DNA of 64,000 nt from an uncultured delta proteobacterium (GTDB taxonomy: Bacteria; Desulfobacterota; Syntrophobacteria; BM002): positions 73,072 to 137,071 of the forward strand of contig CAVQGX010000043.1 in NCBI GenBank assembly GCA_963712115.1. The letters are read 5' to 3'. A model generated the notes under the pieces. It was given only the letters and a program-made list of their open reading frames with translations. It was not told the origin of the DNA and searched no databases. This document shows, piece by piece, positions 10,487 through 20,080 of this stretch (its first letter is position 1; every line of letters starts with the position of its first letter). The translations under genes and the position numbers were made by a program.

Positions 10487-10678
10487 AAATTCGAAATTCT
10501 AAATACTAAGCACGAAACAAATTCTAAATCCAAATTTCAAATGTTCCAAAGGAAACTCGCTCCAATCTACAATTCAAAAGCTTTGATCATTTGAAACCGG
10601 GGCCCCGCCTGGAAGGTGGGGACTCCGAAGGAGAATTTGAGAATTGTTTCGGATTTTGATACTAGGATTTAGGATTTG
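10487..10678. repeat. 7-mer-repeat palindromic intergenic element containing a nested 39-nt insert
   Basis: AAATTCG/AAATTCT arm and complementary arm; clearly homologous to 63055-63210. Confidence 0.8.
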
Positions 10679-10765
10679 CCGTGGGCTACTAGAGCCTCAG
10701 ATAATGCTAGCCCGCGTATAATTTCAAGGAACATCTGGACGCGTTACGCTTAGGACCACGGAGCT

Positions 10766-11134
10766 ATGGCAAAGCTAACTCCCGAAGAAGAAGAGAAAAA
10801 AAGGGCAATTTTCGACGGAATGTCCCCCAAAACCCAGGAACGCATCCTCAAAAAGGGCTATGAAGAATGGGACCCCTTTATGATGCCCAAAGAACCATTG
10901 GGCTACAAGTTAAGACAAGAGGCCAGGGGTGAGGAGGTTAGCCTAGATTCCGGCCACGAGTTATATGAGAGGTTTTTCGCCGGACGTAAAATAACCGACT
11001 ACTCGGCCGAATATGTCAAGGGGGTTTTGGAAATAGCAGAGGGTATTTTCCGTGAAAAAGATAGTTACCGAGGCATGTACGATTTCAGCTGCTGGTATGC
11101 GAATTGGCGCAAAAATAAGGAAAAGGAAGAATGA
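10766..11134 (+). CDS. Hypothetical protein (GYEEWDPF..PKEP motif)
   Basis: 122-aa ORF with GGAG SD, typical composition, co-oriented with neighbours. Confidence 0.75.
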   Translation: MAKLTPEEEEKKRAIFDGMSPKTQERILKKGYEEWDPFMMPKEPLGYKLRQEARGEEVSLDSGHELYERFFAGRKITDYSAEYVKGVLEIAEGIFREKDSYRGMYDFSCWYANWRKNKEKEE

Positions 11135-11183
11135 CTAATACGGAGCCGTATTTGGATCTGTTTATTACGACAGGTGATTGAAC

Positions 11184-11900
11184 ATGAGCAAATTCGTGAT
11201 CCATCCCTTGGTTGTGGGCATCAATGAGACTGATCAGGGCATTATGACTTATCAGAAAGGTTACGGTAAGCGTATTTTTCTTCCCATATATGTTTTCTAC
11301 CTAGAGGGCGGTGATCAGAGAATTCTCGTGGATACCGGTATGGAGGAGTTCATGGTTCCTCCCGAGGCCGAAGAACAGACCGGTTTGCAAATTATGAAGT
11401 TTGAAGACGCGCTGGCCACCGTGAATTTGAAGCCGGAAGATGTGGACATAGTAATCCAGACTCACCTGCACAATGATCACTGTGAGAATACCTACAAGTG
11501 CACAAATGCCAAGATTTACGTGCAGCAAGCAGAATTGGATTTTTTCAACGCGCCCCACCCTCTTGATCACCGCTACTATTCAGATCTTCTTGACGACTTG
11601 GAGGTGATTACTTTGGAGGGTGATGCAGAAATCGTTCCTGGCGTTCGCGTCATTTTGACTCCCGGGCACACAGCGGGTGGACAATCTGTTGCGGTGGAGA
11701 CCCATAAGGGAACTGCAGTCATCACCGGTTTTTGTTGTAATGCTGATAACTTCCCCAGCGTGGGCCCTGCGGTAACACCGGGTGTACATATAAACGCCAT
11801 TGACGCTTATGAAAGCGCTCAGCGCGTTAAAAAACTGGCAGATATTTTGATTCCAATCCACGATATTGAAATGGGACGCAGGGGAAAGATTCCAGCCTGA
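11184..11900 (+). CDS. Metallo-beta-lactamase fold hydrolase (AHL-lactonase-like family)
   Basis: LVDTG, THLHNDH, TPGHTAG, terminal PIHD. Confidence 0.88.
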   Translation: MSKFVIHPLVVGINETDQGIMTYQKGYGKRIFLPIYVFYLEGGDQRILVDTGMEEFMVPPEAEEQTGLQIMKFEDALATVNLKPEDVDIVIQTHLHNDHCENTYKCTNAKIYVQQAELDFFNAPHPLDHRYYSDLLDDLEVITLEGDAEIVPGVRVILTPGHTAGGQSVAVETHKGTAVITGFCCNADNFPSVGPAVTPGVHINAIDAYESAQRVKKLADILIPIHDIEMGRRGKIPA

Positions 11901-11929
11901 GAAGACATTCCCCCCGAGAAGTGCTAGCG

Positions 11930-12130
11930 ATGAAACGGACTATAGAACTGCGAAAGGCAAAAAGGAAGAAATATATCTGCCATTGCTGCAGCAAAGAACA
12001 CAAATTCTGCTGGACCTGCGACTGCGGCTTTCAGATATGTCTAACTTGTATGCAGGAGAATCAATGGGGTATAAGCGGTAACTCTGTGACCTGGATCTGC
12101 CCCGACTGTGGCGAGTTGCGGGGTATCTAA
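11930..12130 (+). CDS. Small Cys-rich zinc-ribbon-like protein
   Basis: CHCC, CWTCDCGFQICLTC and WICPDCG. Confidence 0.75.
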   Translation: MKRTIELRKAKRKKYICHCCSKEHKFCWTCDCGFQICLTCMQENQWGISGNSVTWICPDCGELRGI

Positions 12131-12141
12131 CCTTACCAAAA

Positions 12142-13678
12142 ATGACCTTCCACACAGATCGCTTCAAACTGCACCATCCGGAATCGTTTCCCAACGTCCT
12201 CAGGACGGTTAATCGCTATGTATATGAGGGAAATGTAGTTTACCGTTGGCAGGGTTCTCCGACTCCTTTTGCCCGCCCTGGAGACCTTTTTCTTGCTTCA
12301 GGGGCAAGCAAAGAGATCCCGGCTCCCTCTGAATCTGTAGAACTGCCAGAGTCGGCGCTCAATCACCTTGTGCCCCTCAAATCCGGACGGGTTGCCCTCC
12401 TGTGGGACAAGTCTTTTCTCTGGGGATTCCTAGCAGTTAGTACTTTCAGGGATCTCGGATTTTCTGTTGATCTGCTCACCGCCACCGATGTGAGAGCTGG
12501 AGCTCTGGCAAGCTACCAGTTGCTTATTGTGCCAGGCGGTTGGGCTAGTCTCAAGAGCGAAGAGCTGGGCTTTGGTGGCCGGGAAGAGCTCCGACGCTAT
12601 GTGTATAGAGGTGGAGCCTACTTGGGAATCTGCGGTGGTGCTGGGCTCGCTCTTCAGGTGGATGAAGGGCTGGCGCTAGTGCCTGTTGCACGGAAAGCGA
12701 TAACCGATCGACTCCCCAATTTTAGCGGTTCCATCCGGGTGCGCCAGGCAAGCTCACACCCTCTCTGGTGGAGCCTTCAAGGGGAGGAAGTCTTTCAAGT
12801 TTGGTGGCCTTCGCAGTTTGATCTCGTGGAACCTAATGACATTAAAATTCTCGGACGATATGGCGAGCCGGAGAGCGATTTCTGCGTCTCGGACCTTAAG
12901 GTCGCTGAAACCCTGGCGGCTGGAAGAGATTGGAAACAATTTGAGGAAACCTATCAGATCAATCTAGATCCCGAGCGTCTGATTAACGAGCCTGCAGTTC
13001 TTGAAGGTAGATACGGTGAGGGCCGAGTCTTACTCTCATATCCACATTTGGAAACCCCGGGTGATGCCGCGGGCAATACGGCCCTTTTCAATATTTGGTA
13101 TGATTTACTGAATAATTCTGTTGTTGGAGCCGGTGGTGATTCTGATAAGGTCAGTCCTCTAACAATAAAAGAGGTGGATGGTAAGAGCTTGGAGCGGATA
13201 GGAAAAATAGCGCGCGAAGCCCTTATGTTAGTTGACTTGGGTGAAAGACATAACCTTTGGTCCTGGCGCAATTCCTGGTTGCTGCAGTGGAAAAGAGGTG
13301 TCCGCGGAGCTGAATTTGGCACAATTTCCGTACTTCTGAATGGACTTGCAGATGAGCTGGAACGGACAGGAGCAGTGGCAATTGTTTCCCACAGCTCCCG
13401 TTATAGTGGAAATGGGAGAGCAATGTGACAGACTTGAGGAACTTTGGAGGCAATTTCACCACAAAGGGTGCGCTTTGCTGGAAGAGGAAGCACGGGGACT
13501 CAATGGCGAAAATGATATAAATACCGGCAAGATCACCCCTAGAGTTCGAACTTTGCGAACAGAAATTTTCAACTGCGTTGAGTGTTATGGGAGTAAGAGT
13601 TATGGCGGTCTTTACCGCCTACTCTTGGACCAGATCGATTCTCTTTTGCTGGGTGCCTTGCTTGTCAGATCTACCTAG
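12142..13678 (+). CDS. BPL-N (biotin-protein-ligase N-terminal, GATase-like) domain protein, probably frameshifted near 13390
   Basis: LLIVPGG, GGAYLGICGGA and LSYPHLE motifs. The protein-like continuation (ORF 13340-13678) lies in the +1 frame. Confidence 0.7.
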
Positions 13679-13744
13679 GGAGGCAACCTCAATACCTTAA
13701 GTGTGGACATGGATGCGCAGTGTGCTCCCGCCAACGTCCTGAAA

Positions 13745-13852
13745 GGAGTAATGGAGTACTGGAGTAATGGAGTAGTACAAAATGGCAACTTAACATTCTA
13801 AAGAATTCAGCATCTTAACAACACTCCAATACTCCAACCCTCCAATACTCCA
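13745..13852. repeat. 8-mer-repeat hairpin element
   Basis: (TGGAGTAA/C)n followed by (TACTCCAA)n between convergent genes. Confidence 0.8.
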
Positions 13853-13919
13853 TAAACACTTGAGGTGTATCATACCTTTTGAGCAACTTGTGCCTGCCAG
13901 GTGAGAGAGCTATGCGGCC

Positions 13920-14471
13920 TCAAGGAGATTCATATAGGACAAATCTCCCCACAGATGGTGCACACTCAGCTATTCTTCTAAAATAACGGGGGGGAAAATG
14001 GGGACCATTTACAAGTAAGCGTCCCCTCCAGGTGGTAAGTAAGCGCTCCTCCAACTCGTAAAACGGCTTGTCCGGATACAGGTACAACAAGTCATGACCC
14101 CTGAGGTCGGCTCGGAGAAAATTTGCTCGTAAAAATGTGGCCTTGGACAAGTTAAGAGAATGCCAAAATTCGATTGACTTTTGATAGAGCCATTCGTCAA
14201 TTTCGTAGCCCGTAGCCTGAGTGAATAATGAAGCAATGGCCACCACTATGCCGTCTCCACTCCCCAAGTCAGCCATGTGGCTATATTGATCCAGCTGAAA
14301 ATGGCAAAAACCGCGATAGACCTCTTCCGCGATAGAAGTGGCCCACATTCCCGACTTCGTACTACGGTATGGTGGCCTGTCTTCTAAGAGTTTGAGCCTT
14401 TGATAAAAGTCTTGGTAAGCGGTTTTAACCTTCCTGAAGGTTAAATCTCTATCCCGTGACGGATCAGACAT
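13920..14471 (-). CDS. Class I SAM-dependent methyltransferase
   Basis: ADLGSGDG motif I, GYEID, LYLYPD. Confidence 0.8.
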   Translation of the reverse strand: MSDPSRDRDLTFRKVKTAYQDFYQRLKLLEDRPPYRSTKSGMWATSIAEEVYRGFCHFQLDQYSHMADLGSGDGIVVAIASLFTQATGYEIDEWLYQKSIEFWHSLNLSKATFLRANFLRADLRGHDLLYLYPDKPFYELEERLLTTWRGRLLVNGPHFPPRYFRRIAECAPSVGRFVLYESP

Positions 14472-14678
14472 TTTGGTAGGCAAGATTAAGCGGGCTTTTT
14501 ATTGTAATGGCGAGTACTTATCTTGCGAAACATGGGCAAGATCGAGTCGATAAGAAACTTACCCTCCCCTGCAGGTCTCCCAGAATTTCTATGGAGTTAT
14601 CTTTTTCCGCAAATGCGACTATTGCAGCGGATGCTTGAATAGATGGGTGACTGATTTACAAATTAGAACTTCGAAGTT

Positions 14679-14957
14679 CTATTTGCTGTCAACGCGCTCC
14701 TTCATTTCTTTTCCAACTTTGAAATAAGGAAGCTTCTTTTCCTTTACTTGAATTATTTCTCCTGTCTTTGGATTACGTCCCTGATAGCTATTGTAGCTTT
14801 TGACTTTAAAGCTGCCGAAGCCTCGGATTTCGACCCGGTCGCCCTTGGCAAGAGAGTCTGACATGGAGTCAAACACCACATTCACCACGCTGGCAGCATT
14901 CTTGATCGTAATACCCTCCTCTTTGGCAATTCGCTCGATGAGCTGGCTCTTGTTCAT
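14679..14957 (-). CDS. ihfB: Integration host factor beta / HU family
   Basis: MNKSQLI...RVEIRGFGSF...GRNPKTGE...PYFKVGKEMKERV. Confidence 0.92.
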   Translation of the reverse strand: MNKSQLIERIAKEEGITIKNAASVVNVVFDSMSDSLAKGDRVEIRGFGSFKVKSYNSYQGRNPKTGEIIQVKEKKLPYFKVGKEMKERVDSK

Positions 14958-15053
14958 CCTCCTTCCTCCCCGCTAAAATGTTCACCCAGGCATCCTCCTT
15001 TATTAATAAGGAGGGTACGACGACAATTCCTATCTCTCTGAAAGGTTCTTAAC

Positions 15054-15082
15054 AAACTAGCCGAAGCTTTTACCTTTGTCAA
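15054..15082 (-). promoter_or_regulatory. Putative ihfB promoter
   Basis: TTGACA-17-TAGTTT. Confidence 0.6.
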
Positions 15083-15177
15083 CGATATTTTTCGATAATT
15101 AACTAAAATAATTATAAAAAAATAAAGGGCGGGAATAATTGGTGTGAATAAGGCTTTGGCTCATGGCCGGATTGAGC

Positions 15178-15972
15178 TTAGCGCACAATCGAGCGATCTG
15201 CATAATATCCACTTTTGACCGATATGGCCGGGAACACTAAACAACGGCGACCCAGTAGGGTCCCGGGATTAGTAACTGAATTGCAGCCCGTTTCGGTATC
15301 GTCGCCGATAATGGCACCGAATTTTCGCAAACCGGTGTCGTATAACTTGTCGTTTATTCTTATCCCTACTGGTGTTCCGGTTATTTTGAGATTGGCCAAT
15401 TTTGTGCCCGCCCCTAAGTTGGTGCGATTTCCAAGAATACTATCTCCAATGTAAGCAAAGTGGCCGGCTTTGGCACCATCCAACATAACTGAGTGCTTCA
15501 TTTCGGTGGTGTGTCCTAGTACACAGCGGTCCCCCACAAGGCAATGTCCACGGAGATATGCACCTTGTCGAACCTCGCAGTAGGAGCCAATGATCGTAGG
15601 GCCTTTGATCAAGGCTCCAGGCTCTACCACACTCCCTGGTCCCACAAAGATATCATCGTCCATCAGGCAGGCCCCTGCATAGAATACAATGGCGCCTTCG
15701 AGAACCTCTCCTTCGTGGATCACCTGAAATTTGCCTTTGCAGACGTCTCCTGGGCGTAAATCAAAACCAGAGGTCAGGACATTCCCCCGGTGTAAAACCA
15801 CTGTTTGCTGAAACACCGGTCCAGAGCTGACAAGTCCCTGCAAATTGGGCTTCAAAGTTTGGGCTATGTAAGATTTAAGGCGAGTGAGGGCCTGCCAGAC
15901 AGGCTCGTCCTTGTTGAAGAGTTCCCCATGGGCCCAATCTTTAAGAGCGAAAAAATTTTCTGCAGAGAGCAT
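15178..15972 (-). CDS. Hexapeptide-repeat acetyltransferase, GlmU C-terminal-like
   Basis: GPTIIG, EVRQGAYLRG, AGHFAYIGDSILG, NLGAGT, KFGAIIGD; no N-terminal nucleotidyltransferase domain. Confidence 0.85.
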   Translation of the reverse strand: MLSAENFFALKDWAHGELFNKDEPVWQALTRLKSYIAQTLKPNLQGLVSSGPVFQQTVVLHRGNVLTSGFDLRPGDVCKGKFQVIHEGEVLEGAIVFYAGACLMDDDIFVGPGSVVEPGALIKGPTIIGSYCEVRQGAYLRGHCLVGDRCVLGHTTEMKHSVMLDGAKAGHFAYIGDSILGNRTNLGAGTKLANLKITGTPVGIRINDKLYDTGLRKFGAIIGDDTETGCNSVTNPGTLLGRRCLVFPAISVKSGYYADRSIVR

Positions 15973-15998
15973 TCTAACTCCAGTGGAATAATGATTAA

Positions 15999-16241
15999 TT
16001 ACCGTGATCTCGAGTTGAAGAACTGCCTCGCTTCGTCTTTGAGAATGTCCAACAGAGTCATTCCTCTTTTCTTTGCAATCTCTCGGGCCTCATCCAGGAG
16101 GCGTGAGGCTGCGACATCGAGATCGCTGTTATTTGGTATAGGGGATCCTTCTTTCTGCAATTTCCAGCGCAGAATGGATTTGGCCAGCCTGAGTTCGCTT
16201 TGCCGGAGATGGTTCAACAATGAGTCGGGTAAAATCTTCAT
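15999..16241 (-). CDS. Hypothetical helical protein
   Basis: 80-aa ORF with a good promoter TTGACG-17-TACACT at 16299-16271; co-oriented with the next gene. Confidence 0.65.
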   Translation of the reverse strand: MKILPDSLLNHLRQSELRLAKSILRWKLQKEGSPIPNNSDLDVAASRLLDEAREIAKKRGMTLLDILKDEARQFFNSRSR

Positions 16242-16339
16242 ATTATTAATTATTTAGAGTAATGACGGTCAGTGTAGCCAAAAAGCGTTGGACCGTCAAG
16301 GTAAATGAATCAGGCTTGAATTCAGCGGCCAGAATTAAG

Positions 16340-16500
16340 GGGCCAGAAGACAGCCAGCAGCTGAGAGCGGGCAGCAGATAGAACTTAGAGGTCAGAGATC
16401 AGATGTCGAAGGTCAGGAGTAAACCTGATCTCTGACCTCCGACTTCTGACCTCTTTGATGGACGACTTCAACGATTTAAACGATTTGACGAATCGACTAA
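16340..16500. repeat. Diverged copy of the AGAGGTC/GACCTCT repeat element
   Basis: 16381-16480 aligns with 51819-51920 (GAGGTCAGAGATC...CTGACCTC...GATGGACGACTTCAACGAT). Confidence 0.85.
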
Positions 16501-16522
16501 TAACTCCTGGCACCTGACCTCT

Positions 16523-18028
16523 TTATTTCCACTTTATTAGCAACCGAGCGGCCTGATCAAGCGCTTCCTGCTGAGTACTTATGCGCCCCTCCCACTGGAG
16601 TTCAACCAGAGCGTCAAGAAGCCTTCCCACCATAGGGCTTGGAGAGAGATGCAGAAACTTCATAAGATCGTGACCGCTGACTACAGGAGGCTCCATCTCC
16701 CTAGGCTTCAGTTGTTCATAGTAAAAATCTAGCCAGTCACGTATTCGCTGGCGCAGTGGCTGCAAATCGCTTCCAGCTGAGGTAGCGTCGTGAAATGCTT
16801 TGTAATTTGAGGCAAACAGCAGAATGAGCGGCCAAAAAAGCTCAGGTCCTAGTCTAAAGAAACGGGACAGGGCCCGTGTTGGAGTGCGAGTGAGGCGGAA
16901 GAGATGGACTGGACGCATATGCTGGCGAACAAGCTGGCTGACAAAGTTGATTTCCTTGTTACTTAACAGTAGCCGGGTGCAAAGGGAAGCAGCCAACTCT
17001 GATCCTGCAACTTCGTGGCCGTAAAAGTGGACAGCACCGTTTTTGCCCAGGGATCTGCGACACGGCTTACCTATATTATGGAGCAAAACACCTAGTTTCA
17101 GGGCAGTTTGTCGCGTTCTTTCGCCTGCGAGCTTCTGTAAAAGAATAGCTGAAACGTCGTCAGCATAGTCTCCAAGCAACTCCTGCATGTTGGTTAGAAA
17201 GAACTCCATTGCTTCTAGGGCTGAGAGGCTATGCTGCCAAAGATCCCGATGCTGAGAATCATTCTGCCCCAGATTCCGCATGGCTGCGCACTCAGGCAGC
17301 AAAAGTTGCAATACACCGTCTTTGTCCAACATTCTTAGGACTGATGCGGAACTCGCTGCCGAAAGAATCAGCATCATTTCATCCCTGATCCGCTCTACCG
17401 CTACCTGATTTAAACGGTGACATGCTTGGAGTATGCTTTTCCGGGTCTGAGCAGGGAGGACAAGACCGTAAGCTGACACTAAACGGTACGCCCTCAAAAT
17501 GCGAAGCGGATCATCTGAAAGTGAACCTTGCGAGCAAACACGCAATCTACCGGCCTCAAGGTCCGTAATCCCTCCTAAAGGGTCGAGGAGATGGGCTCCT
17601 CTACCAGTCCACCAAGCTGATATATCAAAAGCCAGGGAATTTATTGTAAAATCACGCTGATAAAGATCATCAAAGATAGATGAACCTCTCAGGGGGGAAA
17701 GGTCAACTACGTACGGCTCTCCTATTCCATCTGTATGGAGATAGGATATGAGGCGAACGGTCCCAAATTTCCGGTCTATGACCACTGGCTTGCTACCGGT
17801 TTGCCTCGCCACTAACTTTGCCAGTTCAGAAGCGTTGCTGCTTACAAAATCTACATCCTTACAACTCCTTCCGAGCAAGGCGTCGCGCAAGAAACCTCCC
17901 ACCAAATAGAGTTGATACTCCTCCCTTTGCGCAACCTCCAGCAGAGCAGAAATGGTTTTGCAGCCCGCGATAAGGTTCTCAACGGAACTCTCAAGCTTGC
18001 TGAGGTGAATATTGACAGGTCTATTCAT
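16523..18028 (-). CDS. tRNA nucleotidyltransferase, probable CC-adding type, with degenerate HD domain
   Basis: VGGFLRD..L...KDVDF, RDFTIN and DDPLRILR motifs; short segment before motif B; LLHNIGKP in place of HD. Confidence 0.85.
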   Translation of the reverse strand: MNRPVNIHLSKLESSVENLIAGCKTISALLEVAQREEYQLYLVGGFLRDALLGRSCKDVDFVSSNASELAKLVARQTGSKPVVIDRKFGTVRLISYLHTDGIGEPYVVDLSPLRGSSIFDDLYQRDFTINSLAFDISAWWTGRGAHLLDPLGGITDLEAGRLRVCSQGSLSDDPLRILRAYRLVSAYGLVLPAQTRKSILQACHRLNQVAVERIRDEMMLILSAASSASVLRMLDKDGVLQLLLPECAAMRNLGQNDSQHRDLWQHSLSALEAMEFFLTNMQELLGDYADDVSAILLQKLAGERTRQTALKLGVLLHNIGKPCRRSLGKNGAVHFYGHEVAGSELAASLCTRLLLSNKEINFVSQLVRQHMRPVHLFRLTRTPTRALSRFFRLGPELFWPLILLFASNYKAFHDATSAGSDLQPLRQRIRDWLDFYYEQLKPREMEPPVVSGHDLMKFLHLSPSPMVGRLLDALVELQWEGRISTQQEALDQAARLLIKWK

Positions 18029-18144
18029 AGCGAAATCCCAGGAGGAAGCATATACCTACATAGTACAGAGAGAAGATTGCCTGTCAAGGAAGTAGAAGTC
18101 TATTAATTAATGGAGAGAACAGAGCTTAAAAGGATACAGACTTT

Positions 18145-18412
18145 TACTGTCTAAGCTAGGTGGTATTGAGTTAGACAGTATGGATGGGGTATATGGAAGA
18201 TATTAGGTTATCTTACTATAATTATTTAGACTTAGACTGTCTAAATGTATACGCAAAAAGACTTTTCCAAATGAGTCTTATTGGCAACTATACGCAAGTC
18301 TTTTTTAGTGTCTTAGACAGTATAAAATACTAATATCGCTGCAAGTTTTATCTTATATTAATTTTTTTGAATTTTTTTCTTGACATTTATACAATATATT
18401 TGTACTGTCTAA
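18145..18412. promoter_or_regulatory. Cluster of TACTGTCTAA/TTAGACAGTA boxes and promoter of the HTH-cyclase operon
   Basis: Exact copies at 18145, 18171 (rc), 18313 (rc) and 18403; palindrome TTAGACTGTCTAA at 18232-18244; TTGACA (18380)-17-TACTGT (18403). Confidence 0.8.
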
Positions 18413-18455
18413 ATCACTAGGTAAAAAATGTAACCCAGTCAATCAAGGATAACTT

Positions 18456-19964
18456 TTGGACAACAATTTAAACAGTAGCACTATCTCTAGTAAGGAACTA
18501 ATTGCCAAGACAGGAATATCCAGGGCTACTCTGAATAATTATATTTCCCTCAATCTTATTCCCTCTCCTGCAGTGCGCAGGCCAGAAGAGCCTGGTGGTC
18601 CGACAAAAATGGGGTATTTCCCTGTGTGGGTTGTGAAAAGGATCGAGAGAATTCAGGAGATGAAATCTTCTGGAATGAGGATGGCAGAAATAGCCCTCCA
18701 CTTTATGGATGAGGGTACTGAAGGAAAAGAAGTCCCACGGCAAGGGGTGCTTGATTTTACCTATCAATCAATTGAGCGGATAGTTTTTCCTGCCATTCTG
18801 GTCAACTCAAGTTGGGAGATCATTTGGATTAACCAAAGTGCCGAGAGGGTGTTTTTTCAAGAGTCTGTTCGTGAAATTCCTACCGCAGCAAACCGGAATA
18901 TCTTGAGACTTTTCCTGGAGAAAGGTTTGCTGGGACGGTTTAAAAACTGGAAGGAAATCCTGACGCTGCATTTGCGTCTGGCTAAGCGGGATCTGACTGA
19001 GGACCGGGTCGAACAGATCTGTCGCCAGATAGAAACTTGTCCTCTAGAAGAGCTGAAGGAATTATGGCGTGAGGCTGAAGCCTTGCAGGAACGGCCTATT
19101 ACCCAGCAAGACTTGATTTTGAGGCCTTACAAAGGCAAGAATAGCAGACATACGCTTTTTTCCACTGATTTTCGTGAGGGCACGCTGCTACTATATACCC
19201 CTGTTAACATGCAGCTGGACCAGATTTTAAACCTTCTTATGGGTAGAGAAAGGCTGGTCAAAGCTCTGCTGTCACGGCGAATTCCTTCCCTTACATCACT
19301 TTGTATTCTCGCTGGTCGTTTAGAGTCGAGCCTTCATCTTCGTACTGCCCTGCCCCCCCACGAGTATTTTGATTTAATCAACCAAGTCATTTTGACCTCC
19401 CACCAATGCTTCAAGGATCACGGTGGTACGCCAGGCCGTTCAATTCAAGAAGGCGTGGTGTGCTTTTTTCTTTCAGCCCCTGATTCACCCAGGGAATACC
19501 TTCACTCAGCCATACAATGTGCTCAGACCCTGAAACAGATTATCGCCACTCTCGACAAGCGCTGGAAATACAAAAAGGTGTGGAAAAACACCTTGCAGAT
19601 GAATATGTCCATTCACTGTGGTGAGGAGTGGCTGGGAACCATACCGTCATCACTGGCCTTCGATTTCACCGTTATGGGCGAAAGCCTGATAGAGTCGGTC
19701 AAACTAAGCGAATTTGCTGAGGGTGGCTCTATCTGGGCCAGCAAGAAAGTGATTGAAAACATGTCGCCAGGAGACCGTCAGCGAGTTGAATTCGGAGTTC
19801 GACTTGGAACCGGCCAAGAGAGGTTCGTCAGCCCAGGTATTTATTCTCAAGTAAAGGAACTGGTCAGCGGTGACGAACTGCATCAGAGAGGACTGAGGGA
19901 GATAAGTAACCTTGCAGTCACGGAGATAATCAACGTCCACCCACCAGAAGAGCAAGATTTATAA
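18456..19964 (+). CDS. MerR-like HTH + PAS-like + catalytically degenerate class III nucleotide cyclase domain
   Basis: ELIAKTGISRATLNNYISLNLIPSP HTH; PAILVN..WEIIWINQSAE PAS-like; LPPHEYFDLIN, SIHCGEEWLG and FTVMGES cyclase-fold motifs. Confidence 0.8.
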   Translation: MDNNLNSSTISSKELIAKTGISRATLNNYISLNLIPSPAVRRPEEPGGPTKMGYFPVWVVKRIERIQEMKSSGMRMAEIALHFMDEGTEGKEVPRQGVLDFTYQSIERIVFPAILVNSSWEIIWINQSAERVFFQESVREIPTAANRNILRLFLEKGLLGRFKNWKEILTLHLRLAKRDLTEDRVEQICRQIETCPLEELKELWREAEALQERPITQQDLILRPYKGKNSRHTLFSTDFREGTLLLYTPVNMQLDQILNLLMGRERLVKALLSRRIPSLTSLCILAGRLESSLHLRTALPPHEYFDLINQVILTSHQCFKDHGGTPGRSIQEGVVCFFLSAPDSPREYLHSAIQCAQTLKQIIATLDKRWKYKKVWKNTLQMNMSIHCGEEWLGTIPSSLAFDFTVMGESLIESVKLSEFAEGGSIWASKKVIENMSPGDRQRVEFGVRLGTGQERFVSPGIYSQVKELVSGDELHQRGLREISNLAVTEIINVHPPEEQDL

Positions 19965-20080
19965 TCTTTTTGTTTAAAGCTTCGAGAGTTTATCTCGTGA
20001 TAACAAATGATTATACAGATAGCGTGGGTAACCCATTGAGGGGCAGAGCCAGCCTTGTTATCAGGCACATTGCGAAGGCC

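Noticed and set aside
11184-11900. Quorum-quenching AHL lactonase function
   Set aside because: Only family-level similarity; the bridging Asp region is atypical (ITGFCC) and there is no supporting context.
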